Source of the DNA: a virus
IMG/VR virus record: IMGVR_UViG_3300043411_000610
Location: 26,678 to 90,677 of that record
Length of the DNA: 64,000 bases
Strand: one strand, 5' to 3'
The notes under the pieces are model-generated. The model ran no database searches. It saw only the letters and a program-made list of their open reading frames with translations, and had not been told where the DNA came from. Shown here piece after piece: positions 10,162 to 20,313 of this stretch. The position numbers and the translations under genes are program-made. Position 1 is the first letter of the stretch. Every line of letters begins with the position of its first letter.

Positions 10162-11131
10162 TTTTAAATTTTTGGGGTAAAGAAGAAAAAATATGAGCAA
10201 TAACATCTACTGTCCAGCCATTACCGATACATTTATACCTTTGTGTTTTATTAATATTGTTCGTATAACCATGCGGCAATGTTTGTAATTCTTCGCACTC
10301 CTCTGGCGTTAAAGTTCTATATTGTTCATTTTCAATTACAATGATTCCACCTGTAGCTGACCAACAATTTGAATTACTGGTTAAAGTTGGAGTTTTCTCA
10401 ATATGGACTTTATCGTTATACCAACTATAGACTAAACCCGTTTTGTTGTTTTTTCGTTCGTTGACTCTACTTTTGGCATATTCGGATAGCTCATAATTTT
10501 CAATAACTTTGTGCTTTGTGCCCGGCGATTGCGCCGCCAAAGTGGGATACTTTCTTTCTAAAGGAATAGATTCTGTCATGTATCCGTGTGGTAAACGATA
10601 TAACACCTTGTCTAAAAATATATTTTTATCTGCTGGCGCAGAAACATTCGAGATATTTGTCCAATAAAGCCGTTTTCTATTTTGAGCAGAAACAAGAGAA
10701 GAATTTATTTCAATCGGTTGAACCCCGAGATCATTGGAAACGATATCCTGATATTCTTTTTTCATCTTTACGTTTTCTAAAAAGAAATATTCAGGTTCAA
10801 AATGTTTGACTGCTTTAATAAATTCAAAATATAATTTACTTTGAGGGTCTTCAAAATTTAAACCCTTGCCCGCTCTAGAAAAACCCGTGCAAGGTGAGCC
10901 ACCTACGATAAGGTGAATTTTGGGTAAGTCCCAAGACTCCCAACCCAATACACTTCCTAGTTGGATAGTGTTTGGATAATTTTTCTCTGCCACCGATATC
11001 GCGTGTTTGTCAATCTCACTAGCAAAATAATTATCTACTTTAATTCCTGCGCGTTGTAACGCGATTTGGCCACACGAAATTCCATCAAACAAACTTAATA
11101 CGTTAATTCCTTTATTAATCTTTTTATCCAT
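10154..11131 (-). CDS. DNA cytosine-C5 methyltransferase
   Basis: LSLFDGISCG, GSPCTG, ENV, QNRKRLYW and IGNGW motifs. Confidence 0.93.
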   Translation of the reverse strand: MDKKINKGINVLSLFDGISCGQIALQRAGIKVDNYFASEIDKHAISVAEKNYPNTIQLGSVLGWESWDLPKIHLIVGGSPCTGFSRAGKGLNFEDPQSKLYFEFIKAVKHFEPEYFFLENVKMKKEYQDIVSNDLGVQPIEINSSLVSAQNRKRLYWTNISNVSAPADKNIFLDKVLYRLPHGYMTESIPLERKYPTLAAQSPGTKHKVIENYELSEYAKSRVNERKNNKTGLVYSWYNDKVHIEKTPTLTSNSNCWSATGGIIVIENEQYRTLTPEECEELQTLPHGYTNNINKTQRYKCIGNGWTVDVIAHIFSSLPQKFKNE

Positions 11132-11398
11132 TTTTATCTATCAATCCTTTCTGTTGAAAAAGTCTGAACCATTCGTCATAGATTCGTTGAAATTCTTCGA
11201 CTGTTGGAACTTCGTCTAATTCAAACGGAATATCATGGATAACTCCATCATCGGTTTCAAATTCTGTTGTTGTAACTCTTGTAATCATTTTTGGTTGTGC
11301 CTTCATATTCTATTTATACTTAAAGGTAAACTTTTTCTAAAATAAGTCAAACTATTTTTAGACTTATTTAGATTCTTGAGAATTACAGACTACTGCTG

Positions 11399-11641
11399 TC
11401 AACCCCATTCCATCAAAAATTCATACATTTCTGCCTGAGATTCCATACCAAGGTCTTCACCGTTCCAGAATACTATGATCGGGCCTCTAAATTTATTGAG
11501 AAGGTCCACATAATCGTGCATAATATGCTTGCACGCATTTATGTATGACGGTTGTATGTCAATCGAAATCAGGGCCGTATTTGAATTTGATTCGGTTAGA
11601 TAAAAATGCTGTTTAAAAGATAACACTCTGATATTTAACAA
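11399..11641 (-). pseudogene. Probable truncated isochorismatase/cysteine-hydrolase-like gene
   Basis: ALISIDIQP motif. Only 80 aa, with the stop falling inside a TTGACA box at the island edge. Confidence 0.4.
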
Positions 11642-12765
11642 AAATCCTCTCTATGGAAATAAAAATATAATGCGCCTTGAGATAAAAATAATATGACAAT
11701 GAAAGTTATCCAGTGGTGAACCTGGGGTTCAACTGTTAGATATGCGAAATCTTCCGTAAATTCTCTCTTTTTGTAATTGTCCATGATTTCTTTTTCAATC
11801 AGAGGAAGGATAGCATCGTCCAATTTATTTTGAAGGATTAGTGTCTCAATGTTACGTTTACATATATCGCTTTCACTCCACCCAAAGACTTTACACCAAT
11901 TTGGTCCTTTACATATAACCAGATCATTTTTCTTTCCGCCCATCCATTTAGATTTTTGCCATTCTGCGAGCATGGTATCAGACGAGTCAAATCCAACAAA
12001 GATCACATTCAATCTTTTAATTGGCCCAAGTCTGGCACACATTTCATCCCATTTACGAATAGATAAATGTTTTGGTGCATTGCCAAGTAATCTATTTGAT
12101 ATCCATGCATTCTGATTTCCTGGATACTCAAAAACAGCCATTTCTTTTGGAACTTCCAAGAAATTGAAAATGCTGGGAGCAGCTTTGATGCGATTCTCAA
12201 AATATTTAACGGATGTAATAGGCTCTACAAAATCAGATGTTAGGATCGTTAAGTAGTCTTTAGGATCACCTGCAATCATACGCGATGCATGTTCTGATGT
12301 AGTGCGGTCCCCTTTAATTGATCTCTCATTACCAAAAATCTTCACAAAATAATTATACCGGGCTTTGGTGATACTATATGTAGTATCAATGTTAGAATAT
12401 GCTTCCCAATGTTCAGAATGCCATCGAGTGGTGGGTTCCCAATGATCAAATACTTGATAGGAACCACTAACTTTACCATCCGAATCATAGGTGTATTCAG
12501 TTCTATAGACCGCATATTCATAATATTCCTTCCATGCAGGAAAGAAACGTGCCTGAACGATTTTACCACTCCACGTCTCATAGTCTCCAACTTGTCCGTA
12601 GTGAGCCCACATATGGATTGGAAAGGCGATCAAGAATGCACACCCACTGGCAATTCCCCATTCTTTGAGCGAGACAGAATTGTGACACCCTTTATTGTTG
12701 GTGAATAGGAATATAATAAATCCAATGGTGATCGGTAGAAGACAGAAGATATAGAGTAGATACAT
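11635..12765 (-). CDS. Membrane-anchored protein with large soluble domain
   Basis: Two N-terminal and one C-terminal hydrophobic segments; adjacent to the LemA-like gene. Confidence 0.65.
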   Translation of the reverse strand: MYLLYIFCLLPITIGFIIFLFTNNKGCHNSVSLKEWGIASGCAFLIAFPIHMWAHYGQVGDYETWSGKIVQARFFPAWKEYYEYAVYRTEYTYDSDGKVSGSYQVFDHWEPTTRWHSEHWEAYSNIDTTYSITKARYNYFVKIFGNERSIKGDRTTSEHASRMIAGDPKDYLTILTSDFVEPITSVKYFENRIKAAPSIFNFLEVPKEMAVFEYPGNQNAWISNRLLGNAPKHLSIRKWDEMCARLGPIKRLNVIFVGFDSSDTMLAEWQKSKWMGGKKNDLVICKGPNWCKVFGWSESDICKRNIETLILQNKLDDAILPLIEKEIMDNYKKREFTEDFAYLTVEPQVHHWITFIVILFLSQGALYFYFHREDFC

Positions 12766-12775
12766 ATTTTAAAGA

Positions 12776-12808
12776 AAAGCAGTGTAGAATTCAATTCTAC
12801 ACTGCTTT
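12776..12808 (-). terminator. Perfect 15-bp hairpin (intrinsic terminator or processing stem)
   Basis: AAAGCAGTGTAGAAT-TCA-ATTCTACACTGCTTT, followed by T-rich sequence on the - strand. Confidence 0.65.
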
Positions 12809-12828
12809 GGTTAAATTGGCAAATTATT

Positions 12829-13377
12829 TTACTTCTTAAACAACTCAAGGTCATCATCCTTATCACTTGAAAAAACTTCGGTGGTTCTGGTTGATGTGAT
12901 GACCTTTGGATCAATTTTTTGGAACCCCATTAGTGGTAGAATAAAATTACCTGGAATAACGGATAGTCGTTGATTATATTGTTCGGCAATAGATACCAAT
13001 TCAGATTGCTTCATAGTCCATGAATCGCGGGACCCTGTAATGATATTCATTAGCTGATCATAGATCTTTAGATCGGCATTAGGAACCGCTTCTTTAATCC
13101 AAGTCATCATCTGATTTGATGATCCAGACGAACGAGAACTTGCATAACCTTGGTAGATTTCTTTAAATGCATTTTTCTTTTCGTTCGGAATCTGGCTAGC
13201 TTGTTGAATCTTTTTGAACATATTATCAAATTCTGATTCATTTGCTTTAATCTTCATCTCATATGTATTCCTTAGAGTTGCCGCTCCATTGTATGAGCCA
13301 ATAAGGGCCAGACCGAAGCCAAGAGTTCCAAAGGCGAAAATTGCCAGTGCTGATAGTGTTAGTAGTGTTTTGTTCAT
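12829..13377 (-). CDS. LemA-like membrane-anchored protein
   Basis: N-terminal TM helix, SYN, E.VPN.D..IY..LM..I...R and YN.....PG pattern. Start reset using the upstream TTGACA promoter. Confidence 0.6.
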   Translation of the reverse strand: MNKTLLTLSALAIFAFGTLGFGLALIGSYNGAATLRNTYEMKIKANESEFDNMFKKIQQASQIPNEKKNAFKEIYQGYASSRSSGSSNQMMTWIKEAVPNADLKIYDQLMNIITGSRDSWTMKQSELVSIAEQYNQRLSVIPGNFILPLMGFQKIDPKVITSTRTTEVFSSDKDDDLELFKK

Positions 13378-13782
13378 AGGATTGTAATATAGTGTATTTT
13401 TAGCTGTTGTCAATAAAATTTAATGAAAATATTCAGTTTGTAGTTTACCGCAATGTTGACACTGAGAAATAAATTGTGCTTTACCACAAATTTTCTTAGT
13501 CTCAAATATTTTCCATTTATGCAGATGTGAATCACCAGTGAATAGAAATCTAAGTAGTCGAAGCAATAGATCTCTCAACATCTGACATTTCTTCTCGTCG
13601 ATTAATCATATCCATCAACATCTCACATACTTGCCAGACATCGTGTTCTGAATTTCTTAATGATTCAATTAGTTTTGTGTTCTGTGGTTCAACGATTTCA
13701 AGTGTTGAAATTGCTTGATGAATATCTACACGATCCAATAATAGATTTTGTAAACCAGTTTTAAGAGCATTTAAGGAAGGTA

Positions 13783-14307
13783 TCATATTATTTTAATTAT
13801 ATCATCAATGTGTGCCATTGCGCCAATGCCAACATCACCGCAATACAGTTTCTTTTCTATTGGAGGCACAATAATATAACCCCATTTGCTTAATGTGTCA
13901 AGGTGATTTTTAGTTGCCGGATGAGTATACATCAGGGTATTCATACTTGGTGCAATTATTATTTTTTTATTGAAATCCCATGCTCGTGCCACACAAGTAA
14001 GAAGATTATCACATATACCATTGGCTAATTTAGCTAATGTATTTGCACTACACGGAGCAATAATAAACACATCCGCCCATTTCACTAATTCAATATGAAG
14101 AACCTGCTGAATATGTTTATATAGTGCCCATTCATCTTCATCAAATCTAGCATTTGCGCGACTTAAATCGGTGATTTTGCGCGAGGACTCAGTGCAAACA
14201 TATATATGATTATAATTAGATTCTCTTTTGAGTCTATTATAATTATCGTTTATTTTAGGATAAAGGGTGGCAGCAACACTACCGGTTAGACCATGTAGAA
14301 TATTCAT
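13783..14307 (-). CDS. coaC: Phosphopantothenoylcysteine decarboxylase (HFCD flavoprotein)
   Basis: GLTGSVAA, HIEL..WAD, APCSANTLAKLANGICDNLL, APSMNTLMY and substrate clamp LYCGDVGIGAMA. Confidence 0.88.
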   Translation of the reverse strand: MNILHGLTGSVAATLYPKINDNYNRLKRESNYNHIYVCTESSRKITDLSRANARFDEDEWALYKHIQQVLHIELVKWADVFIIAPCSANTLAKLANGICDNLLTCVARAWDFNKKIIIAPSMNTLMYTHPATKNHLDTLSKWGYIIVPPIEKKLYCGDVGIGAMAHIDDIIKII

Positions 14308-14920
14308 CTTTGATTAATTTGACTAGTTCTTCTGCACTATTTGCTTGTCTGAAATTCATTTTTTTATCAAAAAGAAGTCGGATGATGTTACCTTTACGGA
14401 TTTCTGAAAGATCATTATAAACCACATAATCTGCTCCATTGTTAAGAACTTTTTGAACGGCTTTATTAACGTCTTGATATGCAGGACTGACTAGGAGTTT
14501 AAAACCGACTACCATAGATGAAGGACTAGCTTTTTTAAATTCTGGCAACACCTTCTTCGCTTTTTTTAGACTAATAATCAATTCATCTTTATCAGAGGAA
14601 ATTTTACCTTCAGTTTTATCCATGATATAATCCGAAACGGCAGCAGCACTGATGATAATATCAGGTTTTGAACCTTTGATAAGATTTATTGACTTATCAA
14701 AGTATTCATCATAATTATCATAGATATAATCATTGAATCTAGATGCTGTCATATTATTAGGGTATCTGGAACCTTTGGCTGACAGAAATTGAACTTGGTC
14801 GTGATCTTTGTCAAATGCTTCTGCCAATTCAGCACCATATCTGCCACTAGACATATTTCCTATAAATCGAACGGAATCAATTGGAACTTTTGTTCCTCCA
14901 CTTGTTATAAAAATTTTCAT
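14279..14920 (-). CDS. coaB: Phosphopantothenate-cysteine ligase
   Basis: ITSGGT.VPID.VRFI.N.SSG..G, AAAVSDY, VGFKL and VVYND motifs. Confidence 0.88.
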   Translation of the reverse strand: MKIFITSGGTKVPIDSVRFIGNMSSGRYGAELAEAFDKDHDQVQFLSAKGSRYPNNMTASRFNDYIYDNYDEYFDKSINLIKGSKPDIIISAAAVSDYIMDKTEGKISSDKDELIISLKKAKKVLPEFKKASPSSMVVGFKLLVSPAYQDVNKAVQKVLNNGADYVVYNDLSEIRKGNIIRLLFDKKMNFRQANSAEELVKLIKDEYSTWSNR

Positions 14921-15462
14921 ACGGTTAATAATTTTACTGGTTGTCTTTTTTTCGTTAAAATTGAAACTAATTCGTTGGTTGGATCTTGAAGATATTTCGG
15001 TCTAGATTCTCTGGTTCCCCATGAACTCCATCCGGTAGAAGGATCATAAGTATTATTCCATCGCTCTAAATGTAACATAGTAACACTATGTTCAGGAATA
15101 TCTGGTCTGAATTTATATTCAGGTAAAACCGGCACCAATTCTCCAATTTTATCACCACTTGTAATAATATCACCCGCTTTTAATGGACTAGTCAATTCTC
15201 CGTATACATAGTAACCATCGTCGTCTTTTACCAGAACTGCATTTGTTGGCAACCACCAAGGATGACCTTCTGATGGACCAGTGAAGGGTAGATTGCTTAT
15301 TACCACTCCAGAACGAATAGCATATACCCAATCTCCCGGTTTTCCATAAAGATCAATACCTTCATGAAAATTATGTTTTCTGGCACAACCAAATGCCCCC
15401 GGATGAGAATTAATTGGAATACCTCGGAGTTTTTCGAAATTTATAGGAAACCATGTTATCAT
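14917..15462 (-). CDS. M23-family peptidoglycan endopeptidase
   Basis: HEGIDL (HxxxD) and MLHLE zinc motifs, with the YGEL...GD.I..GDKIG pattern. Confidence 0.75.
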   Translation of the reverse strand: MITWFPINFEKLRGIPINSHPGAFGCARKHNFHEGIDLYGKPGDWVYAIRSGVVISNLPFTGPSEGHPWWLPTNAVLVKDDDGYYVYGELTSPLKAGDIITSGDKIGELVPVLPEYKFRPDIPEHSVTMLHLERWNNTYDPSTGWSSWGTRESRPKYLQDPTNELVSILTKKRQPVKLLTV

Positions 15463-16145
15463 TTTTGTTTTTTAGTATATTTTCTCTTTTTTCTAATCGG
15501 AATATAAAGTCTTTCATTAAAAGACACTTTGAGATAATGGAACGGAAAACTGATGTGACCATCAATATCAGTCCATTCATATAATTTTTGCATTTCTTCA
15601 ATTTGATCAGGTGGATATTGAAGGAAACCATCAGGTTCTTTATTCATCGTTTTCACATGCTGCCATATTCATAATGACCTGATGCTTTTGATCAAGTAAA
15701 TTGAAAAATTCTTTATTATCGTTCATAATTTATTTCTTCCATTGTGCCAATAGTTTTCCGTCCTGATCAAACATTTTAAAATATTCAAAACTGAAACCGC
15801 TAAAATTTATAGATGGTTCCATTGTTTGATGGTATATAACGGTTTTACCATTACTAAACTTGTTCACCGTCTCATATAGTTGTAATTCTCTTGGTTTTCC
15901 GTCCAGAATAAATATTATTCCGGTTGATGTATTCAGTGTTTGGGTGTGATCAATATCCACTATTTCAGATTTTACAGTTTTCCATTCAGTAGCATTTCCC
16001 ACCATTGATAGAAATATATATGAAAACCATAAAAGGATTGCTGAACCTAAATATGCAAGCGGCTCTTTTGGCACATTCAATATCAGGGCTATTGCACCTG
16101 CAAAAATTAGTAGGGCAATACCAAATAGAATAGTTGAAAAGATCG

Positions 16146-16622
16146 TCATAGTTTTTGTTTAATATTTTGATACATTGTTCGACAGTGCGAATACTTTAAC
16201 CGATCTTCTAGAATTGACAATGACTTTTCGTAACTTCCTAATTCTAGGATTTCCACATCTTCAAAATACTTGACTCCCCATTTATTCATCTGAGTTCTAG
16301 TAGGTTTATATATGTCAATCACTGGTAATCCGTTACGGTTGATCATCAGGGCCGATCCATAATCTTCGATTATTAATATATTTCCCGCAATTTTTATCTT
16401 GGTTCCAACCGGTAGCCAATCCCAACGTGCAGCAGCAACCCCAGGTTTTAGCCGTGTATTACTCGCAGTTTTATTTCCATACTTTATATGGTCTTTTTCT
16501 TTTGCAGTGTATGCAGTTGTTGCGACCGCAATCTTTTTACCTGTTTTTGGAATAACAGGTCGATGTAGTGTAGTGCAGTTACAGACGAACAGACATAGGA
16601 TTAATAGATATATTTTTTGCAT
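16146..16622 (-). CDS. 3D-domain (MltA/RlpA-like) cell-wall lipoprotein
   Basis: Signal peptide with Cys, TTAY, TAS, LPVGTKI, EDYG and IDIY motifs. Confidence 0.75.
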   Translation of the reverse strand: MQKIYLLILCLFVCNCTTLHRPVIPKTGKKIAVATTAYTAKEKDHIKYGNKTASNTRLKPGVAAARWDWLPVGTKIKIAGNILIIEDYGSALMINRNGLPVIDIYKPTRTQMNKWGVKYFEDVEILELGSYEKSLSILEDRLKYSHCRTMYQNIKQKL

Positions 16623-16665
16623 CTATTAACTTAGCCTGAAACGCACCGAATGTCAAGTTCTAATT

Positions 16666-17658
16666 TTATTTCCAAAATATAAATCGTTTCCACCAAGGCT
16701 CTTTTTTGATCACCGGTTTTTCTACCGATTGTAGAGTTTGAAATAATTTTTTAGGACTGATAATCCCCCAACCAAATTCCTCATCGAATCCATCTTTACC
16801 CACATCTTTACAATTTTTTAGAATTGCCTCTTTAACTGACTGTGCAGTATATGGAATACCATTCTTTTTAAGATATGAGATGTATAGTGCCAATATGGCT
16901 GAAACAGCGGGTGCCGCTTGGGAACTGCCGGACATTAATCCATATTGATTATTAAGATATGTTGATAATATTTGATCTCCTGGTGCCGCAATATCAATTT
17001 CTGGACCAACACTAGAGAATAGGGATTTACTAGTTATGGTTGTCGGAGAATATGATCCAACTGCAATGACCTGATCATAAACCGCAGGATATAATATGGA
17101 TTTATCTGCCTTTTCTCCATTGTTGCCCGCACTACAAACCATGATAACACCTTGTTCATCAAGTTTTTTAATAACTTCATGTGCTTCAGGCATTGGATTT
17201 CTACCACCCAATGACATATTGATAATATCAGGTTTGAGCGCAAGACAATATTCTAGTCCTTTTGTCACACTAGTGGTCGTGCTGAAACCACTATTAGACA
17301 AGACTTTTACACCAATCAATTTTGCTAATGGTGCATAGCCCACCACCCCATAGGTGTTGTTTTGACTTGCCAAGATTCCGCTAACATGTGTCTGATGCCC
17401 ATTTTTATCTTCAAACTCGTTATCAATAAATGACCGACATTTATCATACAGAATATTATCTTTCAAATCTTCGTGATATGGGATTCCACTGTCCATCACT
17501 ATAACAGTAACACCTTCACCCTGAGTTTTTTTCCATACTTCTGGAATATCTAAATCAGTAATTCCCCAATTTGCAACCTGTGAAAGAGTTTCAATATCAC
17601 CTATTTGATGAAGAGTATATGGAGGAAGTTGGCAATTATCATCTAATACGGATACCAT
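16666..17658 (-). CDS. Subtilisin-like S8 serine protease
   Basis: VMDSG, NGHQTHVSG, NMSLG, SAGN and SGSSQAAP triad motifs. Confidence 0.92.
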   Translation of the reverse strand: MVSVLDDNCQLPPYTLHQIGDIETLSQVANWGITDLDIPEVWKKTQGEGVTVIVMDSGIPYHEDLKDNILYDKCRSFIDNEFEDKNGHQTHVSGILASQNNTYGVVGYAPLAKLIGVKVLSNSGFSTTTSVTKGLEYCLALKPDIINMSLGGRNPMPEAHEVIKKLDEQGVIMVCSAGNNGEKADKSILYPAVYDQVIAVGSYSPTTITSKSLFSSVGPEIDIAAPGDQILSTYLNNQYGLMSGSSQAAPAVSAILALYISYLKKNGIPYTAQSVKEAILKNCKDVGKDGFDEEFGWGIISPKKLFQTLQSVEKPVIKKEPWWKRFIFWK

Positions 17659-17667
17659 TCATAATAT

Positions 17668-18514
17668 TTATGAATTATTCAAAAATGACAGAATGTGTGC
17701 AATAATATCAACTGTCCATCCGTTACCTAAACACTTTTTACGTTGCGATTCAGAAATACTAGAAGTGTAATTTTCTGGAACTGTTTGTGATTTTTCCCAC
17801 TCTAATGCGGTCAACCATCTGAATCTATTCCCATACCATATTTTAGGTGCATTCATTCCCATTTGTGCCATTAAGCACTGAACCTTTCCGTCTAGTGGTT
17901 CTATCCGATAATAATCATTTCGCACATATTCATGGTTGTGCCATTTAGTCATTTGTGCATCAGACCAATATGAATATGAAGATTCATTACTATCCAAAAT
18001 ATCAGCCAATATGATTTTTTTATCTTCTGGTTGAACTACATTAGGAATATTTGTCCAGTATAGACGTTTGCGATTTTGTGCAGAAACTAGATTACTGTTG
18101 ATTTTTATAGGCTTAACACCAAGTATATCACTGATAACATTTTCATATTCCTTTTTCATATTCCTTTTTCATTCCAACATTTTCAAGCAGGAAATATTTT
18201 GGTTTATAATGTTTCAGAATATCAACAAATTCAAAAAATAATTTACTTCTAATATCTTCAAAGTTCAATTGTTTGCCAGAAAGGCTGAAGCCTTGGCATG
18301 GACTTCCAGCAATCAAAAGATCAATTTCTGGAAGATCCCATTCTCTCCACTTAGTAACATCACCTAGTCGAATAATAGCTGGATAATTTGCTTCTGATAC
18401 TTTTATTGCATGACGATCAATTTCAGATGCATAATACGCATCAACCTTTATACCTGCACGCTCTAGTGCAATGCGCCCGCAAGAAATTCCATCAAATAGT
18501 GATAATATGTTCAT
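17668..18514 (-). pseudogene. Cytosine-C5 methyltransferase split into two ORFs (18143-18514 and 17668-18159) by a 13-nt tandem duplication
   Basis: Motifs I-VI in the first ORF, VIII-X in the second. ATTCCTTTTTCAT is duplicated at 18147-18172; removing one copy restores ENVGMKKEYENVISD. Confidence 0.88.
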
Positions 18515-18515
18515 T

Positions 18516-19118
18516 TTATTGTTTTTCTTTAATTAATTGAATAGTTTTAAAAAACCCAGCACCATCGGTCAAATTGTCTAATTTATGTTGATATTTTTCC
18601 CTACATGCTTTTAGACACACCATCATCAATCCAACCTTTTCTGGTGGAATATCTGGTAAATCTAATAGCGTTCCCCACATACGACCGATATCTGTAAAAT
18701 TATCTTTTGGATGCCCATAACTCTGTTGTCTAGGACCATTTACTAGCCTATCAGCTTCTTCCAAGATGTTTACTTTATAAGGTTGAAGATTTTCGTCATA
18801 AATCTGCATTTTTAATTCTTTTGCAATCTCAAATTCAAGACGAGCACCTGCCGAATTCTGCCATCCATCCAACATCACAATCGAATTACAACACAGTAAC
18901 ATGTCTAGAGCTTTTGTCAAATACCATTCTCTTGTGTTTGTGCGTTCTTTCAGATCAAACAGTTCATCAATTCGTGCAGGATTGAGAATATTGATTGATG
19001 TAGTTTCAACATATGGCCAATTCGTGCGAATATGTTCCTCCACTGCAAAGAATGCAGGATAATTAAATTCTGGTAAGCCTTGCATTTTTCCACTTATGTA
19101 GATGTAGCTATTATTCAT
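18516..19118 (-). CDS. DUF4406-like (nucleoside deoxyribosyltransferase-like) domain fused to a DUF6378-like domain
   Basis: IYISG.M.G...FN..AF, NPA and GW.NS.GARLE motifs; C-terminal R...YG.P..NF..I...W and D...DGAG. Confidence 0.65.
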   Translation of the reverse strand: MNNSYIYISGKMQGLPEFNYPAFFAVEEHIRTNWPYVETTSINILNPARIDELFDLKERTNTREWYLTKALDMLLCCNSIVMLDGWQNSAGARLEFEIAKELKMQIYDENLQPYKVNILEEADRLVNGPRQQSYGHPKDNFTDIGRMWGTLLDLPDIPPEKVGLMMVCLKACREKYQHKLDNLTDGAGFFKTIQLIKEKQ

Positions 19119-19791
19119 TTTCTTTTTTATGTTCGTTTAGTATTTTATTTCCCTTTTTAATATTTTCTATAGTCCAACACGGTCTAATATTTGTGTAGTG
19201 TGATAATTTTATCAAATCATCGGAAGTTTGTGCTACACTTAATGGTATTATATGATCCAAGGTCCAATTAGAGGCAACTCCCAAACCGCCATAATTATCC
19301 CACGACATACCATCTTCAAATAGAGATTCTAGATGTTTTTTGAAAAATTCCACACTACAACCAAGCATTTCCATGGTTTTTTGTGCTTTCTTTAAATTTT
19401 TTCTAGGTTTCAAAAAACATCTCAATCTATTTCTCATATTTTCTTTCAATCGGAAAAGAATATCAATTTTTCTTCGCTCAGAACAATATCTAGTTTGATT
19501 TTCTCTAGCTTTTTGTCTTTTTATTGGGTCAGATAGATAAAGTTTCTTTGATAACGCTTCTTTAATTTTCGTTTCAGGTTTAGATCTATAAATTTTCTTT
19601 CGATGATTTCGACGAATTTTATTTTCTTCCTTGCTTTGATGATTTTTGCCGTTTTTGAAAGTTTGCTTTTTATTATATTCAAGCTGTTTTTCATTTACCC
19701 ATCTTTCATATCTTAACCCATTTTCTTTTTGGTATCGCCAGAAAAATAAATCTGGGTTTGTTGGATGTTTATCGCCACGTTTGTAGTCCAT
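19111..19791 (-). CDS. HNH-type homing endonuclease
   Basis: LGCS, GMSWDNYG, W.LDHIIPLS and HYTN..P.W..EN..KGNK motifs, with a basic N-terminal region. Confidence 0.85.
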   Translation of the reverse strand: MDYKRGDKHPTNPDLFFWRYQKENGLRYERWVNEKQLEYNKKQTFKNGKNHQSKEENKIRRNHRKKIYRSKPETKIKEALSKKLYLSDPIKRQKARENQTRYCSERRKIDILFRLKENMRNRLRCFLKPRKNLKKAQKTMEMLGCSVEFFKKHLESLFEDGMSWDNYGGLGVASNWTLDHIIPLSVAQTSDDLIKLSHYTNIRPCWTIENIKKGNKILNEHKKENE

Positions 19792-19821
19792 TCTTCATAT
19801 TTAATATTAAATATGAAGAAT
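19790..19821 (-). promoter_or_regulatory. Perfect 32-bp palindrome containing a TAAATA late-promoter-like box and abutting the HNH start codon
   Basis: ATTCTTCATATTTAAT|ATTAAATATGAAGAAT. Confidence 0.7.
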
Positions 19822-20313
19822 TTCATAAATTATTGTGGAAGTCCCTCATGTTTAGAATTGATCTGCAATTGATCAGGAATGTGTTGATAACTAGCAGGGA
19901 TCGCCGGATTATTCAAAATATTGGAAAATCCACCCGTTTTTTTATATTTATTCATAATTCGATCCTTCGTGCATACATGGATATTCCGAATGCGATCACC
20001 AAATGAATTGAGTTGCCAAATTGATGGGATATTTTCATTGTTGAAATTTGAAAAATATGATTTGAGCGATCTAATTTGTTTCCTCTTTTTGAACACCTCA
20101 TCTTGCATCAATTCTTTTTTAATCAGATACAACATAAACTTATCTAGCCAATAATCAACAGACCACGGATTCCCACTGGTCGAAACATCGGTTGTTGCTT
20201 CATTAAATGGATTAACAAATTTATCTAATGTTGGCATAGGATATGGCACGTCTTCTGGTTTGAGTTCATATGGTTCTGGGGTATCAATGTCGTGTTGTTC
20301 AGTCATAAGAGTA

